This document shows positions 39,384-42,548 of a stretch of 42,548 bases of DNA, one piece after another (the stretch's first letter is position 1; each line of letters starts with the position of its first letter). The translations under genes were made by a program, and so were the position numbers. The notes below the pieces were generated by a model that was not told the DNA's origin, searched no databases, and was given only the letters and a program-made list of their open reading frames with translations. The stretch is from a virus: the IMG/VR virus record IMGVR_UViG_2597490295_000013, positions 85,285-127,832 of that record. One strand, written 5' to 3'.

Positions 39384-40145
39384 TTAAAACATACCTATGA
39401 TTTTTTGTTTATTGCATGAACATGATTTTTGTTTATTGTATGAATATGATTCTTGCTCATCATTGGTATCAAGGTAGTTTCCCCACCCAAAATCACATAA
39501 TTTTAATTTTCCATTTTTAGCAACAACAAAATTTCCTTTATGAGCATCTGAAAGAAAAAATCCTTTATCATCAAACATATCTTCAAGTTCATCTATTCTG
39601 TTATATATTTCATCTTCATCTATAGATTTATCATATTCAGTTCCTTCTGGTTCTTTTATACAAGCTGCACCTGGACCATTGCTGCTTAATGGAGTGCCTC
39701 TTTCTTGTACTACAATAATTGAATCTCTATAAATAAAAATATCATAAATTTCACATAGTTCATTTTTTAAAATTGTTTCTTTAATAGAATTCCAATTTAT
39801 TAATTCTTGTATAGATTGATGTGCAGACATATATGTTGTAAAAATTTTTATAGATTTATTATTATCTTTCAATCCTAAAATTTTTATAAAATTATAATAA
39901 TCATTCATTCTACAATCAGCGGCAGTCTTTTCTTTAATTTCTTTTTCAATTCTATTTCTAAATTTTAAAGTATGTTCTCTATCTTCGTCATCTTCATTAT
40001 TTCTATCAATATTTTCAATTTTAAATACAACATCTTCATTTAATCCATATACCACTCTTGCGGCTCCTACTCCTATGAATTCTAAATCTTTTTTATCTTT
40101 ATCTAATTCTTTTATGATTTTATCTCTAAATTCTTTAGTAAACAT
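39384..40145 (-). CDS. Protein kinase-like fold enzyme
   Basis: IGVGAARVVY, VFKIE, SDAHKGN, LCDFG. Confidence 0.75.
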   Translation of the reverse strand: MFTKEFRDKIIKELDKDKKDLEFIGVGAARVVYGLNEDVVFKIENIDRNNEDDEDREHTLKFRNRIEKEIKEKTAADCRMNDYYNFIKILGLKDNNKSIKIFTTYMSAHQSIQELINWNSIKETILKNELCEIYDIFIYRDSIIVVQERGTPLSSNGPGAACIKEPEGTEYDKSIDEDEIYNRIDELEDMFDDKGFFLSDAHKGNFVVAKNGKLKLCDFGWGNYLDTNDEQESYSYNKQKSCSCNKQKIIGMF

Positions 40146-40185
40146 AGCAGTCTCCTTTTTTTTTATTTTCCTTATTTCTATATAT

Positions 40186-40214
40186 ATTATAACAAATATA
40201 TACTAGTTTGTCAA
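40186..40214 (-). promoter_or_regulatory. SigmaA-type promoter
   Basis: TTGACA-17-TATAAT. Confidence 0.75.
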
Positions 40215-40249
40215 TAAAAAAATAAAATGAATAGTATAGAATTTCTATA

Positions 40250-40988
40250 CTATTCTAAAGTTTCACCTAATTTTAAAATTTCTGTATATAGACATGTTAC
40301 ACGCCCCATCCATTCACATTCAATAGTCTTGTTAACATGAAAGTGCCCGAAGCAGTGTTCTCCTATTTCATAATTATCACGTACAAACATTAAAAAGCTA
40401 CTTACTGCATCAGCTATCTTATAATTGCTTTGAATAAAATAAGGTAATATATCTGAAGCAGTTGTATGAGTTAAGAGGTAATCAATTTTACCTCCAACTG
40501 CATCTAAATTGTCTATAAACAATTGCATATCTTGCATTGTTGGAATTTCTTGTCTCCACCAAGATACACCTTCAATACGTTCACCTCTATCGATAGAAGA
40601 TGCTCCACCGAATACTCCTACTTTATTTCCATCAAAATTAAATACATATCCATGTTTTAACCATAAGATTTGATCAGAAACAACACCTACTTTACCACCT
40701 TTAAAGTCTTTTACAGGAAGAGCTTCTAACATGTCATAGTTCTCGTGATTGCCTGCTACAAATAATACTTTAAAAGGCTTTTGTTTTAACCATTTAGTTA
40801 AATATCCAACTTTATTTTTACTATGTTTATTCCAAAGAATCCCGAAGTCTCCTAAAACAATTATATAATTTTCTCCAAACATATCTTTCACAGGAAAATT
40901 TTTAGTATTAAAACGTCTGATAAAATTTTCCATGCCATGTGTATCAATCTCCTGTTATATAATAAGTAGTTTTATTTTTAACAGTCAT
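40250..40988 (-). CDS. Metallophosphoesterase with a frame disruption at 40943-40949
   Basis: ATG 40988 gives YITGD; the THG, LGDFG, GNHE, THT and FGHFH motifs lie in a shifted frame. Confidence 0.75.
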
Positions 40989-41005
40989 TTTAAATCACCT
41001 CTCTT

Positions 41006-41281
41006 CTATCCTTCTGCCATCATACTAATAAGCAAGTTAACATATACTATATGCAATCCATCATCAACCATTTTTTGAGCATGTTTTTTAGAAGATCTTT
41101 TATTTTCAGTTGATACTAAAAAATTTATCAAATTCATCATATCTTTTATTTCTTGTTTAATAGTAATAAATGTTTCCATTATTTCTTGATTAAAATCTGC
41201 GAAACGTTCAGTTAAAAATGAATAATATTGTCCTTTATCATTCTTTAGCATTGCACGTTTTACCCCAATCGTATTAAACAT
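41006..41281 (-). CDS. Hypothetical protein
   Basis: 91 aa ORF with RBS. Confidence 0.55.
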   Translation of the reverse strand: MFNTIGVKRAMLKNDKGQYYSFLTERFADFNQEIMETFITIKQEIKDMMNLINFLVSTENKRSSKKHAQKMVDDGLHIVYVNLLISMMAEG

Positions 41282-41289
41282 AATTCCTC

Positions 41290-41520
41290 CTATTCTTCTT
41301 CTCTTTTATAATATTCTGTTAATCCTTTAGAACCTTGACCTACTAAATCAAAATACTCATTAAGATAAAATCTAATATCATAATAAATATTAGTATCATA
41401 GCAATGAACATTATTCATTAAATCTTGAGCCTCATTTAATAAATCTTCAGCCATTTCTAATTGTTCTTCTAATTGTTGCAATTTTTTTTCTAATAATTTA
41501 ATATATTCTCTATCTGTCAT
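41290..41520 (-). CDS. Hypothetical coiled-coil protein
   Basis: 76 aa ORF with RBS. Confidence 0.55.
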   Translation of the reverse strand: MTDREYIKLLEKKLQQLEEQLEMAEDLLNEAQDLMNNVHCYDTNIYYDIRFYLNEYFDLVGQGSKGLTEYYKREEE

Positions 41521-41562
41521 AGCTATATCCTTTCTTTTTTTTTCATTTCTTTAACTATATAT

Positions 41563-41591
41563 ATTATATCACAATTAAAAAAGAAAGTCAA
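41563..41591 (-). promoter_or_regulatory. SigmaA-type promoter overlapping an inverted repeat
   Basis: TTGACT-17-TATAAT; AAAGTCAATAA/TTATTGACTTT palindrome covers the -35 box. Confidence 0.65.
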
Positions 41592-41619
41592 TAAATTTTT
41601 ATTGACTTTTAAAATTTTA

Positions 41620-42548
41620 TTAATTTTTTAAGTATTCTCTTAATAATTTTGCTATCACTCCACCACCATATCCTGTAACGAATCTTCTTTCTTCTTTACT
41701 TAAATCCATTAATTTAGGGAAGTCTTCTGTGAAATCTTTTATAGCATCATTTAATACTATAGGAATTAATTTACCAAAATCTCTCATAGAAAATTCTCCA
41801 AATTTAGATACAGCAGATTCAACTCGATTCATATTTAAATATTTATCAAAATCAAGTCTTAACGCCATTATAACTTCTGTATATACTTTAGGTTCTTTTG
41901 GTTTTCTTGGTCCACGACTTTTTTCAAAGAACGCTTCATTCTTTTTCTTTATCCTGAAAGGACTGTTCTCTTGTCCTATTACTTTATTACCATAGTATGG
42001 TCTAATAACTCCACCTTCCATGATATTTTCTTCATAAGAACTTAATATCTTACTATTTATATTAACATTGAAAGCTAAAGCATTTACTAATCCTCTAATA
42101 GTTGCTAATATTGGTACATATAAATCACGTACTTTATATTTACCAAGAAGTAATAATAATGCAAAAGGTGATAAATATTCTTCATCTATTCTTATGTCAA
42201 ATATTCTAAAATTTTTTTCTTTCCCATAATTAACACCTTTTTGTATTCTGTCACCAAATAATTCTCCAACAACAACTATTTCTTGATTAGGATAATCTTC
42301 CATTAATGCTTTAAAGAAATTTTGGAATTTGTCTTGACCTAAAACTGCTTGACATCCAAAAAAGTCTACTGTCATTTCATTTCTTGATGCATACTTTATT
42401 TCACCATTTTCAAGATAAATACTGAAATTTGCACCATGAATTTTCTCTGTTATGATATAAAGAGCATCGGCTAATTTAGGACGATGTTCTATAACATTAT
42501 TTATTTTCTTTATATCATCATAATGCATTATACTTGAATATTTTTTGA
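41620..42548 (-). CDS. RNA ligase, Rnl2 family (start probably just beyond the window end)
   Basis: KKYSSI, TEKIHGANF, GELFG, FRIFDI, EGGVIRP, IKKKN. Confidence 0.88.
   Translation of the reverse strand, partial: KKYSSIMHYDDIKKINNVIEHRPKLADALYIITEKIHGANFSIYLENGEIKYASRNEMTVDFFGCQAVLGQDKFQNFFKALMEDYPNQEIVVVGELFGDRIQKGVNYGKEKNFRIFDIRIDEEYLSPFALLLLLGKYKVRDLYVPILATIRGLVNALAFNVNINSKILSSYEENIMEGGVIRPYYGNKVIGQENSPFRIKKKNEAFFEKSRGPRKPKEPKVYTEVIMALRLDFDKYLNMNRVESAVSKFGEFSMRDFGKLIPIVLNDAIKDFTEDFPKLMDLSKEERRFVTGYGGGVIAKLLREYLKN

Noticed and set aside
39396-39450. 24-nt tandem duplication at the kinase C-terminus
   Set aside because: A simple local duplication in a probably disordered tail; no evidence of function.
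25-41995. Plus-strand ORFs in the track
   Set aside because: They are antisense shadows of minus-strand genes or tRNAs, with no RBS and no recognisable motifs.
1-42548. TAG or TAA reassignment
   Set aside because: Both codons terminate many genes at natural C-termini; only single isolated in-frame cases were seen.

Overview
This is an AT-rich segment of a large, probably Firmicutes-infecting phage (sigmaA-type TTGACA-17-TATAAT promoters, AGGAGG ribosome-binding sites). Essentially all genes lie on the minus strand. The window holds a DNA replication and nucleotide module: RNase H, RecD/Dda-like helicase, RecJ, primase, DnaB-like helicase, Sak4-like ATPase, SSB, DHFR, ThyA, ATP-dependent ligase, GyrA, and GyrB split by a group I intron carrying a GIY-YIG endonuclease. 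It also holds 26 tRNA genes covering all 20 amino acids, plus RNA-repair and translation genes (Rnl2-type RNA ligase, phosphoesterases, Pth2, and a TROVE/Ro60-like vWA protein of the DUF2828 type). Main result 1: TGA is read as Trp. About 30 in-frame TGAs occur, many at conserved Trp positions, and the phage encodes its own tRNA with anticodon UCA. The supplied ORF track is therefore fragmented. Main result 2: five copies of a stem-closed ncRNA motif with a conserved CAGCA bulge lie in the tRNA cluster, three of them upstream of the Ro60-like gene. One copy is fused to a full tRNA-like domain, suggesting a Y-RNA-like tRNA-mimic RNP system. Further findings are the gyrB intron, two candidate recoding sites (CCC-TAG +1 shift; GAT-T-GAT hop) and several aberrant tRNA-like RNAs. 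All calls are from manual reading; no database search was run.
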